Of a stretch of DNA of 64,000 nt, positions 31,818 through 43,097 are shown one piece after another. Below the pieces are notes generated by a model. The model was not told the origin of the DNA. It searched no databases and saw only the letters and a list, made by a program, of their open reading frames with translations. Source of the stretch: an uncultured Candidatus Saccharibacteria bacterium (GTDB lineage Bacteria > Patescibacteriota > Saccharimonadia > CAZBQI01); assembly GCA_964494105.1 (NCBI GenBank), contig CAZBQI010000003.1, positions 21,737-85,736 on the forward strand, in the 5' to 3' direction. Within the stretch, counting starts at the first letter, position 1, and each line of letters begins with the position of its first letter. A program made the position numbers and the translations under genes.

Positions 31818-32693
31818 TTAATTAATTGCCGCTGCACCGCCGGTTATTTCGGCTAATTCCTGGGTGATACCAGCCTGGCGAGCAGAGTTAAATGCTAGGG
31901 TTAAATCGTCGGTTAGTTCGTTGGCATTATCTGTAGCGTTTTTCATAGCCATCATTCGCATTGAATGCTCGCTGGCGATAGCTTCTAGAATTGCCTGGTA
32001 AAGCTGAGATTCTATCAGTCGTGGCACCACCAGGTTCATGACGTCTTCAACTGATGGTTCAAACTCTGCGTTTTCAATGTCTGATGCCTCGGAATCTTTG
32101 GCCATCTCTTCGAGCCTCGCTGGTAATAATACTTCGGTGCGAGCGATTTGGTTGATACTCGAAACGTATTCGGTGTAGAGCAAAACAACTTCATCGACTT
32201 TGTTTTCTAAAAAACTTTCCATAGCGGTTTTTACAAGTGGCTGAATATCACGTGCACTTGGAGCGTCCGGCCACTTTTCGTAAACACCTAATAGTTCTAA
32301 ACCCTCAAGTTTTGAGGAAAATATACTTCCTTTTCTTCCGATTACCACAGCCGAAGAAATAATGCCCTGAGCTTTATCGTCAGTTAGTTTTCGTGTAAAG
32401 AGTTTTAAGACATTACTGTTGTAGGCACCCGCAAGCCCGCGATCACTTGTAAAAACAATATACAGACGTTTCTTTACTTCGCGCCGTGCAAAGTAAGGGT
32501 ACGACTTTGCACGTGGCAGTTGTGATAACCGACCCAAAATGGAACGCCCGGTATTGCGGAATGCACGTGCTTTTAAAGTTGCTTCCTGAGCTTTACGCAT
32601 TTTGCTGGCGCTAACAAGCTCCATAGCCTTGGTGATCTGCTTGGTACTTGAAACCGATCGTATACGGCGTTTAATCACCTGAATCTGCGCCAT
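31818..32693 (-). CDS. atpG: ATP synthase F1 gamma
   Basis: ITKAMELVS, SDRGLAG, SEHSMRMMAM, RQAGITQELAEI. Confidence 0.97.
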   Translation of the reverse strand: MAQIQVIKRRIRSVSSTKQITKAMELVSASKMRKAQEATLKARAFRNTGRSILGRLSQLPRAKSYPYFARREVKKRLYIVFTSDRGLAGAYNSNVLKLFTRKLTDDKAQGIISSAVVIGRKGSIFSSKLEGLELLGVYEKWPDAPSARDIQPLVKTAMESFLENKVDEVVLLYTEYVSSINQIARTEVLLPARLEEMAKDSEASDIENAEFEPSVEDVMNLVVPRLIESQLYQAILEAIASEHSMRMMAMKNATDNANELTDDLTLAFNSARQAGITQELAEITGGAAAIN

Positions 32694-34255
32694 TAGGCTT
32701 TAACCTCACTCTTATTTTCAGAATCTTCCGCTATGTAATCTTTGGTAATACTCTCGGCAATTTTTACAATTTCTTCTTTTTGTTTCTCGTTTAATTTTTC
32801 ACCCTTGGCCAGTGCGCCAACCATTGCTTTATTTTGAGCGTGTATGTGTTGGAGGAATTTACCTTGCGCTTCTTTAACTTTGGTAACTGGGACTTTGTCG
32901 AAAGCACCGCCGGTACCGACCACCAATACCGCCACTTGGTCGCCAACACCAAGGGGTGAATATTGCGGCTGCTTTAGTAACTCCGTTAATCGTTGACCAC
33001 GATCAATTCGTTGCGTTGTCTCGGCGTCAAGATCTGTCGAAAGTTGGGCAAAGGCAGCAAGTTCACGGTATTGGGCTAGCTCTAAGCGAAGTGAGCCAGC
33101 AACTTGTTTCATACTGGCCATTTGAGCAGCACCACCCACACGTGATACCGAGAGGCCAACGTTTACGGCTGGTCGAATTCCTTGGTAAAAAAGGTCGGTT
33201 TCGAGGAATATCTGACCATCGGTAATCGAAATAACGTTTGTTGGTATGTAGGCCGACACGTCACCGGCTTGGGTTTCAATAATTGGCAGCGCTGTTAGCG
33301 AACCTGCGCCGTTGGCATCACTCATTTTAGCAGCACGCTCTAATAGGCGAGAGTGTAGGTAAAATACGTCACCGGGGTAGGCTTCACGTCCGGGAGGACG
33401 CCGTAATAGTAAAGACATTTGTCGATAGGCCTGGGCGTGCTTGGTTAAATCGTCAAAAATAATTAGCGCATGTTGCTTGTTGTCGCGGAAGAATTCTCCC
33501 ATGGCCGCACCGGTGTAAGGCGCGAGGAACTGCAAAGAGGCAGGGTCGGAAGCGCTGGTGGCTACAACAATAGACTGATCCATAACGTCTTCTTGGCGCA
33601 AGCGCTCGACAATCTTTGCTACAGTTGAAAACTTTTGCCCAATGGCAACGTAAATATTTATCACGCCACTGTTTTGCTTGTGCTGATTTATCATGGTATC
33701 GATTGCAATGGCCGTTTTACCGGTTTTTCGATCTCCGATAATTAGTTCGCGTTGTCCGCGTCCGATTGGAATCATTGAGTCAATCGATGCAATACCGGTC
33801 ATTAGAGGTTCGTGAACGCTTTTGCGTTCGATAACGCCGGGAGCCTTTCGCTCTACCTGTGCAGTTTCCTTAGCGTTAATCGGACCTTTACCGTCAAGTG
33901 GCTCACCCAGCGGGTTAACGACTCGCCCTATCAGCTCTTTGCCTACAGGTACTTCGAGTACTTTGCCGGTGAGGTGTACTTTGGCTCCGGCTTTAACTTC
34001 GACTTCGTCACCGAGCAAGACCACACCGATTTCATCTTCCATGAGGTTGAGGGCGAAGGCGCTAATGCGTTCGGTACTGTGAGTTTCTATCTCTACCATT
34101 TCGTTAAATCCGCATTCTCGCAGTCCATATACCCAGGCGATACCATCTCCGACACGAGTGACGACACCGACTTTTTGTACATTTCCAGTGTGTTTAAGCT
34201 CTGAAATAGCCGCCTTTAGTTCATTAGAAATGTCTTTGATAGATATGTCGCTCAT
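32693..34255 (-). CDS. atpA: ATP synthase F1 alpha
   Basis: [41 protein letters not shown]. Confidence 0.98.
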   Translation of the reverse strand: MSDISIKDISNELKAAISELKHTGNVQKVGVVTRVGDGIAWVYGLRECGFNEMVEIETHSTERISAFALNLMEDEIGVVLLGDEVEVKAGAKVHLTGKVLEVPVGKELIGRVVNPLGEPLDGKGPINAKETAQVERKAPGVIERKSVHEPLMTGIASIDSMIPIGRGQRELIIGDRKTGKTAIAIDTMINQHKQNSGVINIYVAIGQKFSTVAKIVERLRQEDVMDQSIVVATSASDPASLQFLAPYTGAAMGEFFRDNKQHALIIFDDLTKHAQAYRQMSLLLRRPPGREAYPGDVFYLHSRLLERAAKMSDANGAGSLTALPIIETQAGDVSAYIPTNVISITDGQIFLETDLFYQGIRPAVNVGLSVSRVGGAAQMASMKQVAGSLRLELAQYRELAAFAQLSTDLDAETTQRIDRGQRLTELLKQPQYSPLGVGDQVAVLVVGTGGAFDKVPVTKVKEAQGKFLQHIHAQNKAMVGALAKGEKLNEKQKEEIVKIAESITKDYIAEDSENKSEVKA

Positions 34256-34635
34256 ACTCGTAACTCCTGTAGTTTAGTTGCTAATGAAAAGTCGAATTCG
34301 TGACTTGGGGTTTGAGCAATAAGTCCACCAATTATCTTTTTGTCAATTTCGGTGTGTAGATGTACCTGTTTTGCTCCGGTTTGTGTTTTTATCAGCTTGA
34401 TTAAGTCGTGCCTGATTGAGTCATTTAGCTCGTTGACGGCAACAACATCAACGTCAATTCGCCCACGTTGACGCAATAACTCTAGATTAATGTCATTGAG
34501 CAACAGTTCAACATTATTAGTCATTTTGTTTTTCACAACATAGTGAGCTAAGACGAGGTTGAGCCGACTGGCCGGGTATTTATCTAAGAGAGAAACGTAG
34601 GCTTTGGCTAATTGAGATCGAGTTACCTTACTCAT
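34252..34635 (-). CDS. atpH: ATP synthase delta (short form)
   Basis: [24 protein letters not shown]; lies between atpF and atpA. Confidence 0.88.
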   Translation of the reverse strand: MSKVTRSQLAKAYVSLLDKYPASRLNLVLAHYVVKNKMTNNVELLLNDINLELLRQRGRIDVDVVAVNELNDSIRHDLIKLIKTQTGAKQVHLHTEIDKKIIGGLIAQTPSHEFDFSLATKLQELRV

Positions 34636-35161
34636 GGTGAGCACCTTTGCTCAGGGCTTTTTCGATGAGGCGATGATCACGACGAACATCAAGTTTCTCC
34701 TCAATAATGCTCTGCGTAGCACCAATAACTAAATCGATAGTCTCTTGCTTGAGAGCGCGTTTGGCCGCTTTTACATCTTCTTCGATGTGAACACGAGCTT
34801 CCTTTACTAACTGTTCACCACGTGCAGCGGCTTTTTCTTCGGCCGCCTTAACCAACACAGCAGCCTCGGTTTTGGCTTGCACTATGACTTTATCGGCTTC
34901 AGCGCGACTGCGGGCAAGCATCTTTTCGTGTTCAACAGCAGCTTTTTCAGACTGCTCCTCAAGCTCTTTAGCTGTTTTTAAACCTTCCTCAATTGTAAGA
35001 CGTCGATCCTCGAGCGCCTTGAGTATAGGAGCAAAAGCATATTTCTTGAGCACAAAAAACACCAACAAAAAAGTAGCTAGTTGGAGCAAAAACGACTTAA
35101 GGTCGATCCCCAGTGCTGCTACACCGCCAGCAGTCTCTTCACCACCCTCACTGGCGAACAT
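34628..35161 (-). CDS. atpF: ATP synthase Fo subunit b (start may be CTG at 35191)
   Basis: QLATFLLVFFVLKKYAFAPILKALEDRR followed by coiled coil. Confidence 0.93.
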   Translation of the reverse strand: MFASEGGEETAGGVAALGIDLKSFLLQLATFLLVFFVLKKYAFAPILKALEDRRLTIEEGLKTAKELEEQSEKAAVEHEKMLARSRAEADKVIVQAKTEAAVLVKAAEEKAAARGEQLVKEARVHIEEDVKAAKRALKQETIDLVIGATQSIIEEKLDVRRDHRLIEKALSKGAHHE

Positions 35162-35216
35162 TTTAGCTAGTAATAGTAAACTCGTATCCAGAATTTCCCC
35201 CGCAGATTACCAATAT

Positions 35217-35489
35217 TTATGAAATCGTAAAGGCGATAACCAGCACGTAAATAGCCAAAGCCTCAACCAATGCGGCCGAGATCAATAGAATTGGCAAAAT
35301 CTTTCCGGCGAGCTCCGGATTACGTCCGAGCGCCTTCATAGTATTAGAACCGATCCAGCCTAAGCTTACTGCTGGCATTAATGCACCTAGTGCAATTGTC
35401 ATACCCTTGACGAAATTCGGGTCTGTCAAAGGTGACGCGGTTGCTGCCTCGGTAGTTTCGGCCGCGAAAGTTGTTAATAGATCTACCAT
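35217..35489 (-). CDS. atpE: ATP synthase Fo subunit c
   Basis: Two TM helices, GRNPE loop, conserved carboxylate in ALVEALAIY (E-A, H+-type rather than Na+-type); AGGAG RBS. Confidence 0.95.
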   Translation of the reverse strand: MVDLLTTFAAETTEAATASPLTDPNFVKGMTIALGALMPAVSLGWIGSNTMKALGRNPELAGKILPILLISAALVEALAIYVLVIAFTIS

Positions 35490-35510
35490 TTTAACTCCTT
35501 ATATTATTAA

Positions 35511-36338
35511 TTACGTATTTATACCATTCGCTTGGCCATTAGCCAAGACCTTTTCTTTACTAGACGAATGGTCAGCTTGGGTTTCGGCGCTATCTTCGCC
35601 ACTATGATGAGTCGCTACGCTGAGGTAAACAATTGTTAACATTGTAAAAACAAATGCCTGAATTAGGCCGACAAACAGTTCCATAAAATAAAACGGAAGA
35701 GTAGTAATTGGAGACAGATAGCCGCTGATCTTTGCGATAGTTACCAGCAAAACCTCTCCAGCAAATACGTTTCCAAAAAGACGCAAAGAAAGTGATGCCA
35801 TGCGTGTGAATTCACCCAAGACTTCAAGAATACCTACGAATAAATTTATCGGGTTCCAGGGTTTATCAGAAAAGTAGTGTTTTAAGTGACCCATAACCCC
35901 AAGTTCCTTTATTGCATAAATTTGAACCAAAATAATTGTAAAAACAGCCAGAGCAAGCGTACCGTTTAGATCAGCTGTAAAGCCACGAAAAAGCGGAGCT
36001 CCGTTGGCTTGAATTGAGCCAACACCCGGCAGTAAGCCAAACCAGTTACTCATTAAAATGAACAAAAAAACGCTCAAAATGAGCGGTGCAAAACGAATGG
36101 CTTTTTTGCGGTCGTGCATGATATTGGCCGCAGTATCAATTACGTATTCGACAGCTACTTCCACCAGACTGGCAAAGGTGCCACCCGGCTTTTTTTTGAT
36201 TCTTTTAGCAGCTGCCAGCAGCAATACGATGACGGCCGCCGCCGAAAGCAACCCGTATAAGTATGAGTTACTGATTGATAGCGGGCCGATTTCAATTACT
36301 TTCTCGGCTGATAATGATGTAGCGAATAGTTCTAGCAC
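35511..36338 (-). CDS. atpB: ATP synthase Fo subunit a
   Basis: NWFGLLP, TADLN, SLSLRLFGNVFAGE, LIQAFVF. Confidence 0.96.
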   Translation of the reverse strand: MLELFATSLSAEKVIEIGPLSISNSYLYGLLSAAAVIVLLLAAAKRIKKKPGGTFASLVEVAVEYVIDTAANIMHDRKKAIRFAPLILSVFLFILMSNWFGLLPGVGSIQANGAPLFRGFTADLNGTLALAVFTIILVQIYAIKELGVMGHLKHYFSDKPWNPINLFVGILEVLGEFTRMASLSLRLFGNVFAGEVLLVTIAKISGYLSPITTLPFYFMELFVGLIQAFVFTMLTIVYLSVATHHSGEDSAETQADHSSSKEKVLANGQANGINT

Positions 36339-36610
36339 TATTTTCCTCCAAACATTCCTGGGAAGTTCTCTTTAATGTAGCGGTATATCAGCAACGTTGC
36401 AAATGCCAGTGACAGTAAAAGCCCAGTAACTGAAAGAAGTGGGTTTAGTCCAAAGTGCTGATCTAGCCGAATACCACCAATTGTGAGCACAAGTATGGGG
36501 ATAGCAACCCGCCACGTTACTTCGCCCAAATGTTGTGGCAGTCGAGCAAATTCTTCGTCGCTAGCCGATGGTTTATCGGTTTTCTTGGAGTCTTTATTCT
36601 CAGTACTCAT
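36338..36610 (-). CDS. AtpZ/AtpI-like protein
   Basis: Two TM helices with G..LD..FG..P motif; first gene of the atp operon; TGgTATAGT 7 nt upstream. Confidence 0.8.
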   Translation of the reverse strand: MSTENKDSKKTDKPSASDEEFARLPQHLGEVTWRVAIPILVLTIGGIRLDQHFGLNPLLSVTGLLLSLAFATLLIYRYIKENFPGMFGGK

Positions 36611-36688
36611 TTTACTTACTATACCATAAATGTTTACTACGTCACAAGAAGCTGACAGATACAAGGTTCTACCGTAGAATGGTCGTAT

Positions 36689-37138
36689 ATGGGTTTTACG
36701 CTTGAGATTTTAGATAAAGCTGGTCCGACTGAATATAAAGATATACAAAAGTTGGCTATTCAATTAGGCGAGAATCATTTAGGTAAAGTTAGCGGTGAGC
36801 AGAAATACATAGAACATGTAATAGATAATCACTTCGCCAAAATTGTAGTAGCTCGGGACGAAAACGCTCGTATTGTCGGGATGGCTACGGTTATTTTAGT
36901 AACCAAAATCGCTTACGACGAAGCGCACATAGAGGATGTCGTAGTGGACGAATCTATGCGTGGTCAGGGTCTTGGAAAGGCCATAATGCAAATGGCCATA
37001 GAAACGGCGTGGTCTATGGGCGCGGATAAAATTGAGCTGACATCACGCGCTAGTCGTGAGGCGGCCAACGCTTTGTACCAAAAACTGGGGTTTAAACTTC
37101 GCAAAACTAACGTTTACATTTTAAAAAAAGGTAATTAG
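36689..37138 (+). CDS. GNAT acetyltransferase
   Basis: IEDVVVD..MRGQGLG, LTSR..R..ANALYQKLGF. Confidence 0.9.
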   Translation: MGFTLEILDKAGPTEYKDIQKLAIQLGENHLGKVSGEQKYIEHVIDNHFAKIVVARDENARIVGMATVILVTKIAYDEAHIEDVVVDESMRGQGLGKAIMQMAIETAWSMGADKIELTSRASREAANALYQKLGFKLRKTNVYILKKGN

Positions 37139-37139
37139 C

Positions 37140-38309
37140 ATGGCTCGTGTTAGCATTTCTGAATACCGAGCAAAAAAGCTGCTACTTGGTGATGATTACG
37201 TGGGTTGGCAGTTAAGCGTCAAGAATGCTCGAGCCATAATTTCCAAGCTTCCACGAACAGCAACATATGTAGTTAAAGTTGATCAGGGTGTAAAGAAACG
37301 TTTCAAGCAGGGATTGCTTTCTGTAAATGTTGCCAAAGATCAGTTAGAAAGACATATTAAAAACTATGCCGCCAAAGGGTACGGACAGTTTTTAATAGAG
37401 ACGTACATACCGCACTTGCAAACGGCCGAACGCTACCTTTCGCTCGAGCGAGTGCGCCAAGGCATCAAGATATTATATTCGCTTAAAGGTGGCGTTGATA
37501 TCGAAGACAGTAGCGATTCCGTTTTGCAGGCTACTTATAGTGGTAAGCAAGTGATTCTGGAGGATATTGAGCGCGCATTAGAGGTAGAAACCGGATTTTT
37601 AGCGGGCATTGTCGATAAAATGAACGCACTACACATTAGTTTTATAGAAATTAACCCTTTGCTTGTTGTTGAGAGAAAGCCAATTCTGCTAGATTGTGCA
37701 ACTATGGTAGATTCTACCGCCAGTTGGTTTGTTGGTGGCGAATGGAGCGAGGATGATCTAATAGAGAGCGGCGGTGGTAACCCGCAGGAATTAGCTGTTC
37801 GCGAATTAAGCAAAAACTCTCCTTCGTCACTAACATTACGAGTGCTCAATCCGGATGGTTCGTTGTTTATGTTGCTCTCTGGTGGAGGCGCTAGTATCGC
37901 TTTGGCAGATGAAGCCTTTAACCTTGGCTTTGGAGCGCAAATTGCTAATTACGGGGAATATAGCGGCAACCCAACGCTAGAGGAAACTTATCTGTATACC
38001 AAACAAATTTTAAGCTTGTTACTAGAATCGGAGACTAAAAAGAAAGCTCTGGTAATCGCCGGCGGTGTAGCCAACTTTACCGACGTTTCTGCTACCTTTA
38101 AGGGGATAATTCAAGCGCTGGATGAGTGTAAAACCAAGTTAAAGAATCAGAAAATTAAAGTCTACGTGCGCCGGGGCGGGCCTAATGAGGCCAAGGGCTT
38201 GGCGATGATGAAAGATTTCTTGGAACACGCCGGCATTTTAGGCTCGGTAGCAGGCTCCGAGGAGCTCTTGGTAACACCGGTACGCGCGGCAGTAGCGAGT
38301 ATTAAATGA
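37140..38309 (+). CDS. aclB: ATP-citrate lyase beta subunit (ATP-grasp + citrate-binding)
   Basis: VVKVDQ..KKR.K.GL, EINPL, SLTLRVLNPDG, GGGASIALAD, ANYGEYSGNP, GGVANFTDV, VRRGGPN. Confidence 0.9.
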   Translation: MARVSISEYRAKKLLLGDDYVGWQLSVKNARAIISKLPRTATYVVKVDQGVKKRFKQGLLSVNVAKDQLERHIKNYAAKGYGQFLIETYIPHLQTAERYLSLERVRQGIKILYSLKGGVDIEDSSDSVLQATYSGKQVILEDIERALEVETGFLAGIVDKMNALHISFIEINPLLVVERKPILLDCATMVDSTASWFVGGEWSEDDLIESGGGNPQELAVRELSKNSPSSLTLRVLNPDGSLFMLLSGGGASIALADEAFNLGFGAQIANYGEYSGNPTLEETYLYTKQILSLLLESETKKKALVIAGGVANFTDVSATFKGIIQALDECKTKLKNQKIKVYVRRGGPNEAKGLAMMKDFLEHAGILGSVAGSEELLVTPVRAAVASIK

Positions 38310-40081
38310 TAAACGTATCAGCCCTTCGCAAAGCCAAAAAAGGTATAGTAACGCTAGGGAGCCATCCTGGCATTATTCAGTCTATTTTAGACTTCGATTA
38401 TCTTAGCGGTGAAAGCGATCCTAGTGTGGTCGCTATTATTACCGCTAGTGCCAAAACGCAAAAATACTTTTGGGGGAATAGGGAGGTGCTGATTCCGTGC
38501 TATCCGCGGCTCGCGAGTATTCCCCGCGATAAAAAAGCCAATGTGAATCTGGCTATAAATTTAAATTCAGCCCGCCGAGTTTACGATTCAACTGTAGAAT
38601 TGTTTGAATTGTTTCCCGAAGCCTTTGGAGTACATATTTTTGCCGAGGATGTACCTGAACTGGCAGCTATCGAACTTTTTAATGCTTACCAAAAGAAGCA
38701 TTTTATTGTGGGCCCTTCAGGGGTTGGATTGGTTATAGCAAATTCCCTCAAGCTTGGTGCTGTCGGTGGGACTGACTATCAGCAGTTGCTAAAGTCTCAC
38801 TTATTTACCGAGGGCAATACGGCAGTTCTTTCGGCCTCGGGTGGCATGATAAACGAAATCATCAGGATGGTGGCAAATGGAGGCAAGCGAGTCTCGTTTG
38901 CTCTTACCCTTGGCGGGGATCGCTTTCCAGTTACGGCCCCCCTAGAAGCATTTCTGGCAGCCGAAGCCGACACGCAGACTGATCAGATTGTGTACTACGG
39001 CGAACTAGGTGGGTACGACGAATATGACCTAGTTGAGCTAATAAAAGCTAAGGAAGTTACCAAGCCGGTTGTCGCCTACATCGCGGGTAGTATTGCCGAG
39101 CAGTTCGACACGCCAGTGCAATTTGGCCATGCTAAAGCGCTCGCTGGCAACAAAAGCGAATCTGCTAGTGCCAAGCGGGCAGCGCTCGCGGAAGTTGGCG
39201 TGCAAGTTGCAGATTCACTCGAAAGCTTCCATACTTTAATAAGTAAGATGAAGAAACCAAACAATCCTGATCCAGAGGTAGATGCGGGTGAACTTAGCGG
39301 TCGTCGCAAAAGTTTGTTTAGTACTCAAATTGGGCGCGAGTCCGAGACTGGCTATGAATTTAGTGGCAAGTCGCTTGAAGCTTGGGAGCGCCGGGGCGAC
39401 TTTATAGCTATGGTGCTGGCTGGACTGCTTGGACGCCCGGCAAAATCGAAGCTACTAGAGGAATTCACCAAGACTGTGTTTATTTTGGGTCTAGACCATG
39501 GCCCGCAGGTTTCAGGAGCGCTAAATACCATTATTACTGCCCGCGCTGGCAAAGATATGGTGTCCTCATTAAGCGCTGGGTTATTGGCAATTGGCCCCCG
39601 CTTTGGTGGCGCTGGTAACGAGGCAGCGGGCAATTGGTTTGAAGGTGCAACATCGGGGGTAGAAGCCAGTGAGTTTGTAGAGAACTTAGCCAAGCAGAAG
39701 AAGCTAATTCTTGGCATTGGTCACAAGAAATATCGCCTTGGCTACCCAGACCCACGCGTTGTACGCTTGCTTGCCTTTGCCAAGCAATTAAAAGCTCATC
39801 GCTACCTGGATTTTGCCCAGGCAGTAGAGGATATTACAACCTCTAAAAAGGGTAATCTGATCTTAAATTTTGACGGAGCATTTGCAGCGATTCTTTTAGA
39901 TATTTTAGAGCTAGAAGAAAAGATGAGTGAAGATGAGATAAAAGAACTTATAGATGCCGAGTTTTTCAACGCATTCTTTGTAATTCCACGTTCAGTGGGC
40001 TTTGTTAGCCACTTCCTCGACCAAAAACGGCTTGATGAAGGCCTTTTCCGACTGCCTGACGAGTTATTGTACGCAAATTAA
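38306..40081 (+). CDS. aclA: ATP-citrate lyase alpha subunit (CoA-binding, phospho-His, citryl-CoA lyase domain)
   Basis: ILDFDY..PSVVAII, SGGMINE, GGDRFP, QFGHA, DHGPQVSGA, GPRFGGA, GIGH, LILNFDG, LFRLP. Confidence 0.92.
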   Translation: MINVSALRKAKKGIVTLGSHPGIIQSILDFDYLSGESDPSVVAIITASAKTQKYFWGNREVLIPCYPRLASIPRDKKANVNLAINLNSARRVYDSTVELFELFPEAFGVHIFAEDVPELAAIELFNAYQKKHFIVGPSGVGLVIANSLKLGAVGGTDYQQLLKSHLFTEGNTAVLSASGGMINEIIRMVANGGKRVSFALTLGGDRFPVTAPLEAFLAAEADTQTDQIVYYGELGGYDEYDLVELIKAKEVTKPVVAYIAGSIAEQFDTPVQFGHAKALAGNKSESASAKRAALAEVGVQVADSLESFHTLISKMKKPNNPDPEVDAGELSGRRKSLFSTQIGRESETGYEFSGKSLEAWERRGDFIAMVLAGLLGRPAKSKLLEEFTKTVFILGLDHGPQVSGALNTIITARAGKDMVSSLSAGLLAIGPRFGGAGNEAAGNWFEGATSGVEASEFVENLAKQKKLILGIGHKKYRLGYPDPRVVRLLAFAKQLKAHRYLDFAQAVEDITTSKKGNLILNFDGAFAAILLDILELEEKMSEDEIKELIDAEFFNAFFVIPRSVGFVSHFLDQKRLDEGLFRLPDELLYAN

Positions 40082-40108
40082 TTAGCACTCTTGACGGTAG
40101 AGTGCTAA
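40082..40108 (+). promoter_or_regulatory. CIRCE element (HrcA operator) overlapping the clpC promoter
   Basis: TTAGCACTC-N9-GAGTGCTAA, exact consensus; -35 TTGACG inside the spacer and TATAAT at 40115-40120. Confidence 0.95.
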
Positions 40109-40209
40109 TGGCTTTATAATCTTTTTATAGGCAAACCCAGTCCAACAGAGATAAAAACTCATGTACCAGACGCAGTTTTGTCGGTAAAATAGTAGTGGGA
40201 GAATAATTT

Positions 40210-42693
40210 TTGAAAGATTTCAGTAGTTTTAAAGCCTTTAGCGAACGACTTACCGAGAATGCTCGGCTAAGTTTGGACCGTGCTAATGATATTGCCAGAG
40301 CCATGGGCTCTACCTATATTGGTACCGAACACATTTTGCTTGGTGTTCTGGCGCAAGAAGGTTCGATTGGTTCCAAAGTACTAAAAAGTGCCGGTGTAAC
40401 CTTGGATCGCGCAAAGTTGGCATTAAGCCTAACGCCAAAAGTTCTTACCAACACCTCGTCTCGTGGATTGAGCGAAACGGCTAAGTTAACACTTACTTTA
40501 AGCTGGAAGATCGCCAAAGAATTTGGCCAAGACTACTGCGGTACCGAGCACATTTTATTCGCAACCCTCAACCAAAAGAATGCGCGCGCAACCATATTAT
40601 TGCGAGATATGAATGCCGATCTAGAAGTTGTGCGCGGCGAACTAGAACAATACCTATCGAACCAGCAGTATTTTTATGAAGAGCGAGCAAAGCGTAGTAA
40701 TACCAAAACACGCGCCAAAAAGAGCAAAACACCAACAATTGATTACTTTGGGGTGGATATTACCGCTCAAGCTCGCAAAGGCAAGCTTGATCCGGTAGTT
40801 GGTCGTGAGGTGCAAATAAAACGCATGATAACCATACTTAATCGCCGGACCAAGAATAATCCGGTGCTAATTGGCGAACCGGGAGTAGGTAAAACTGCCA
40901 TCGTAGAGGGTTTAGCTCAGCGAATCGTTACCGAGGAAGTTCCCGATAGTTTGCTCGACAAGCGCATTGTAAATATCGATCTATCGAGCCTTATAGCAGG
41001 TACCAAATATCGTGGTGAGTTCGAGGATCGCTTAAAGCGAATGCTCGAAGAGCTTAAAAAGAACGACAACATCATGTTATTTATTGACGAGCTACATCTG
41101 ATTGTTGGTGCTGGTGCAGCCGAAGGCGCAATAGATGCCGGTAACATTTTAAAGCCAGCTTTGGCACGTGGGCTTATTCGCGTAATTGGCGCAACCACAA
41201 TTGATGAATACCGCAAACATGTCGAAAAAGATGCCGCCCTTGAAAGACGCTTTCAAACAATTATAGTGCCAGAAGCCACGCCCGAGGAGACTGCTCAAAT
41301 TTTACGTGGGCTCAAGAAGCACTACGAGCACTTTCACGGCGTAAAAATTAGCGACGAGATTGTGGACGAGACTGTGAAATTATCTAAGCGCTACCTAAAC
41401 GATCGCTATTTGCCAGATAAGGCCATAGATATTTTGGACGAGGCAGCAGCCCAGTTACGCATTGATAAGGGTGGTAAATCTAGTGTTGAGACTAAAAAGA
41501 TGTATCGCAACCTGCGCGAGCTCACCAAGCGCATGGATGAAGCAGTAGAAAACGAAGACTACGAGAGCGCAGCTAAGCTTAAAACTCAAGTAAGCCTACT
41601 AGAGCAAAAGCTTGAACAGGCTCGCATGCGCCAAGACTTAAAAGGTAAGGCCTTAGAAATTACTAGCGAGAACCTGGCGGCAGTGATTGCCTCAATTACC
41701 GGTGTGCCGGTGAAAAAGTTAGTTAAGTCCGAGGCCAACCAGCTCATGAAACTCGAGGGCGCTTTGGCGCGTAATGTAATTGGCCAGCGCGAAGCTATTG
41801 CTGCTGTGGCGCGTTCGATTCGGCGAAACCGCTCTGGCATATCCGATGCCAAACGGCCGATTGGATCATTCTTGTTTATGGGCCCAACCGGTGTTGGAAA
41901 AACCGAACTAGCCAGAGTATTAGCGCGCGAACTATTCCATAGCGATGATGCATTGATAAAGATCGATATGAGTGAATTTATGGAGCGCCACAATGTGTCG
42001 CGATTACTTGGTGCGCCAGCCGGTTACGTGGGGTACGAAGAAGGTGGCCAACTAACTGAGAAAATTCGGCGTCAGCCATATTCGCTTATTTTGTTCGACG
42101 AGATTGAAAAGGCTCATCCCGATGTATTTAATATGTTGCTTCAAATTCTGGAAGACGGGCACGTGAGTGATGCGAAGGGTCGCAAAGTCGACTTTACTAA
42201 TACGGTGATAATTATGACTTCAAATATTGGTGCCGAGCGGTTGTACAAAGAAGCCGTTCTAGGTTTTAGAGCGGAAAAGACCGGTAGTGCCCAAGAGCTT
42301 ACCAGTCTACATGCAGAAATTGAAGACAGAGTGCGCGAAGATCTAAAGGAAACCATGCGACCAGAAATGCTTAATCGCATAGATAAGATTGTGGTGTTCA
42401 GAGCACTTTCGCATGCCAATGTGCGTAAGATCTTGCAGTTGCGCTTAAATGAACTAACAGAACGCCTAGCTGAAAAAGGCTTGGGTATCACTATGAGCCC
42501 GGCTGCTCGCAAGCACATAATAGATGAAGGCTACGAACCAAGCATGGGGGTGCGCCCCCTCCGCCGAGTCCTGGAAGAGAAGGTAGAGGATCCAATTGCC
42601 ACCGGCATATTAGACGGCACTTACAATGAGGGCGATTTAATTCACGTAGGTTTAAGGAATAAAGAACTTTCTTTCGAAGTAGCGAAAGAGTAA
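40210..42693 (+). CDS. clpC: Clp protease ATP-binding subunit ClpC
   Basis: Two Clp-N repeats (GTEHIL), GEPGVGKT and [11 protein letters not shown]+ modules, UVR middle domain, LGF ClpP-binding loop. Confidence 0.93.
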   Translation: MKDFSSFKAFSERLTENARLSLDRANDIARAMGSTYIGTEHILLGVLAQEGSIGSKVLKSAGVTLDRAKLALSLTPKVLTNTSSRGLSETAKLTLTLSWKIAKEFGQDYCGTEHILFATLNQKNARATILLRDMNADLEVVRGELEQYLSNQQYFYEERAKRSNTKTRAKKSKTPTIDYFGVDITAQARKGKLDPVVGREVQIKRMITILNRRTKNNPVLIGEPGVGKTAIVEGLAQRIVTEEVPDSLLDKRIVNIDLSSLIAGTKYRGEFEDRLKRMLEELKKNDNIMLFIDELHLIVGAGAAEGAIDAGNILKPALARGLIRVIGATTIDEYRKHVEKDAALERRFQTIIVPEATPEETAQILRGLKKHYEHFHGVKISDEIVDETVKLSKRYLNDRYLPDKAIDILDEAAAQLRIDKGGKSSVETKKMYRNLRELTKRMDEAVENEDYESAAKLKTQVSLLEQKLEQARMRQDLKGKALEITSENLAAVIASITGVPVKKLVKSEANQLMKLEGALARNVIGQREAIAAVARSIRRNRSGISDAKRPIGSFLFMGPTGVGKTELARVLARELFHSDDALIKIDMSEFMERHNVSRLLGAPAGYVGYEEGGQLTEKIRRQPYSLILFDEIEKAHPDVFNMLLQILEDGHVSDAKGRKVDFTNTVIIMTSNIGAERLYKEAVLGFRAEKTGSAQELTSLHAEIEDRVREDLKETMRPEMLNRIDKIVVFRALSHANVRKILQLRLNELTERLAEKGLGITMSPAARKHIIDEGYEPSMGVRPLRRVLEEKVEDPIATGILDGTYNEGDLIHVGLRNKELSFEVAKE

Positions 42694-42697
42694 AACC

Positions 42698-43039
42698 ATG
42701 CCAGAGCAAATTGATGCTAACGCAAGCGGAAAAGAAAACCCGGCGTTTACATCGCCCGACTGCATCATAATTGCTATTGATCCAGCTACAGATTTCATGC
42801 TACTAGAGACTAAGGAGCCAGAACCAAGGAGGGTATTGTTTGGGCTTAGCCGATACGCAAGTGCTTCTGGAGTGGAGGCAAACAGATTTGAGCCTGGTGC
42901 TGTAATTAGCTGGAGAGAACCTGATAATGAGGCAGATTTAACCGGCAAAATTAAAATAACTCCGCCAGCGGATGCTAGTAAAGATGAAGATACTAGTGCG
43001 ATCATAGCGGAATTTTTGAATGCTGGAACAATAAAATAG
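42698..43039 (+). CDS. hypothetical acidic protein
   Basis: ORF starting 4 nt after the clpC stop; beta-strand pattern similar to the next ORF. Confidence 0.55.
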   Translation: MPEQIDANASGKENPAFTSPDCIIIAIDPATDFMLLETKEPEPRRVLFGLSRYASASGVEANRFEPGAVISWREPDNEADLTGKIKITPPADASKDEDTSAIIAEFLNAGTIK

Positions 43040-43097
43040 TTGTTGTAAAACGCACTGTTTAAAGAGTAAGATGCCTTTATAACTGAGGTCTTATTCT

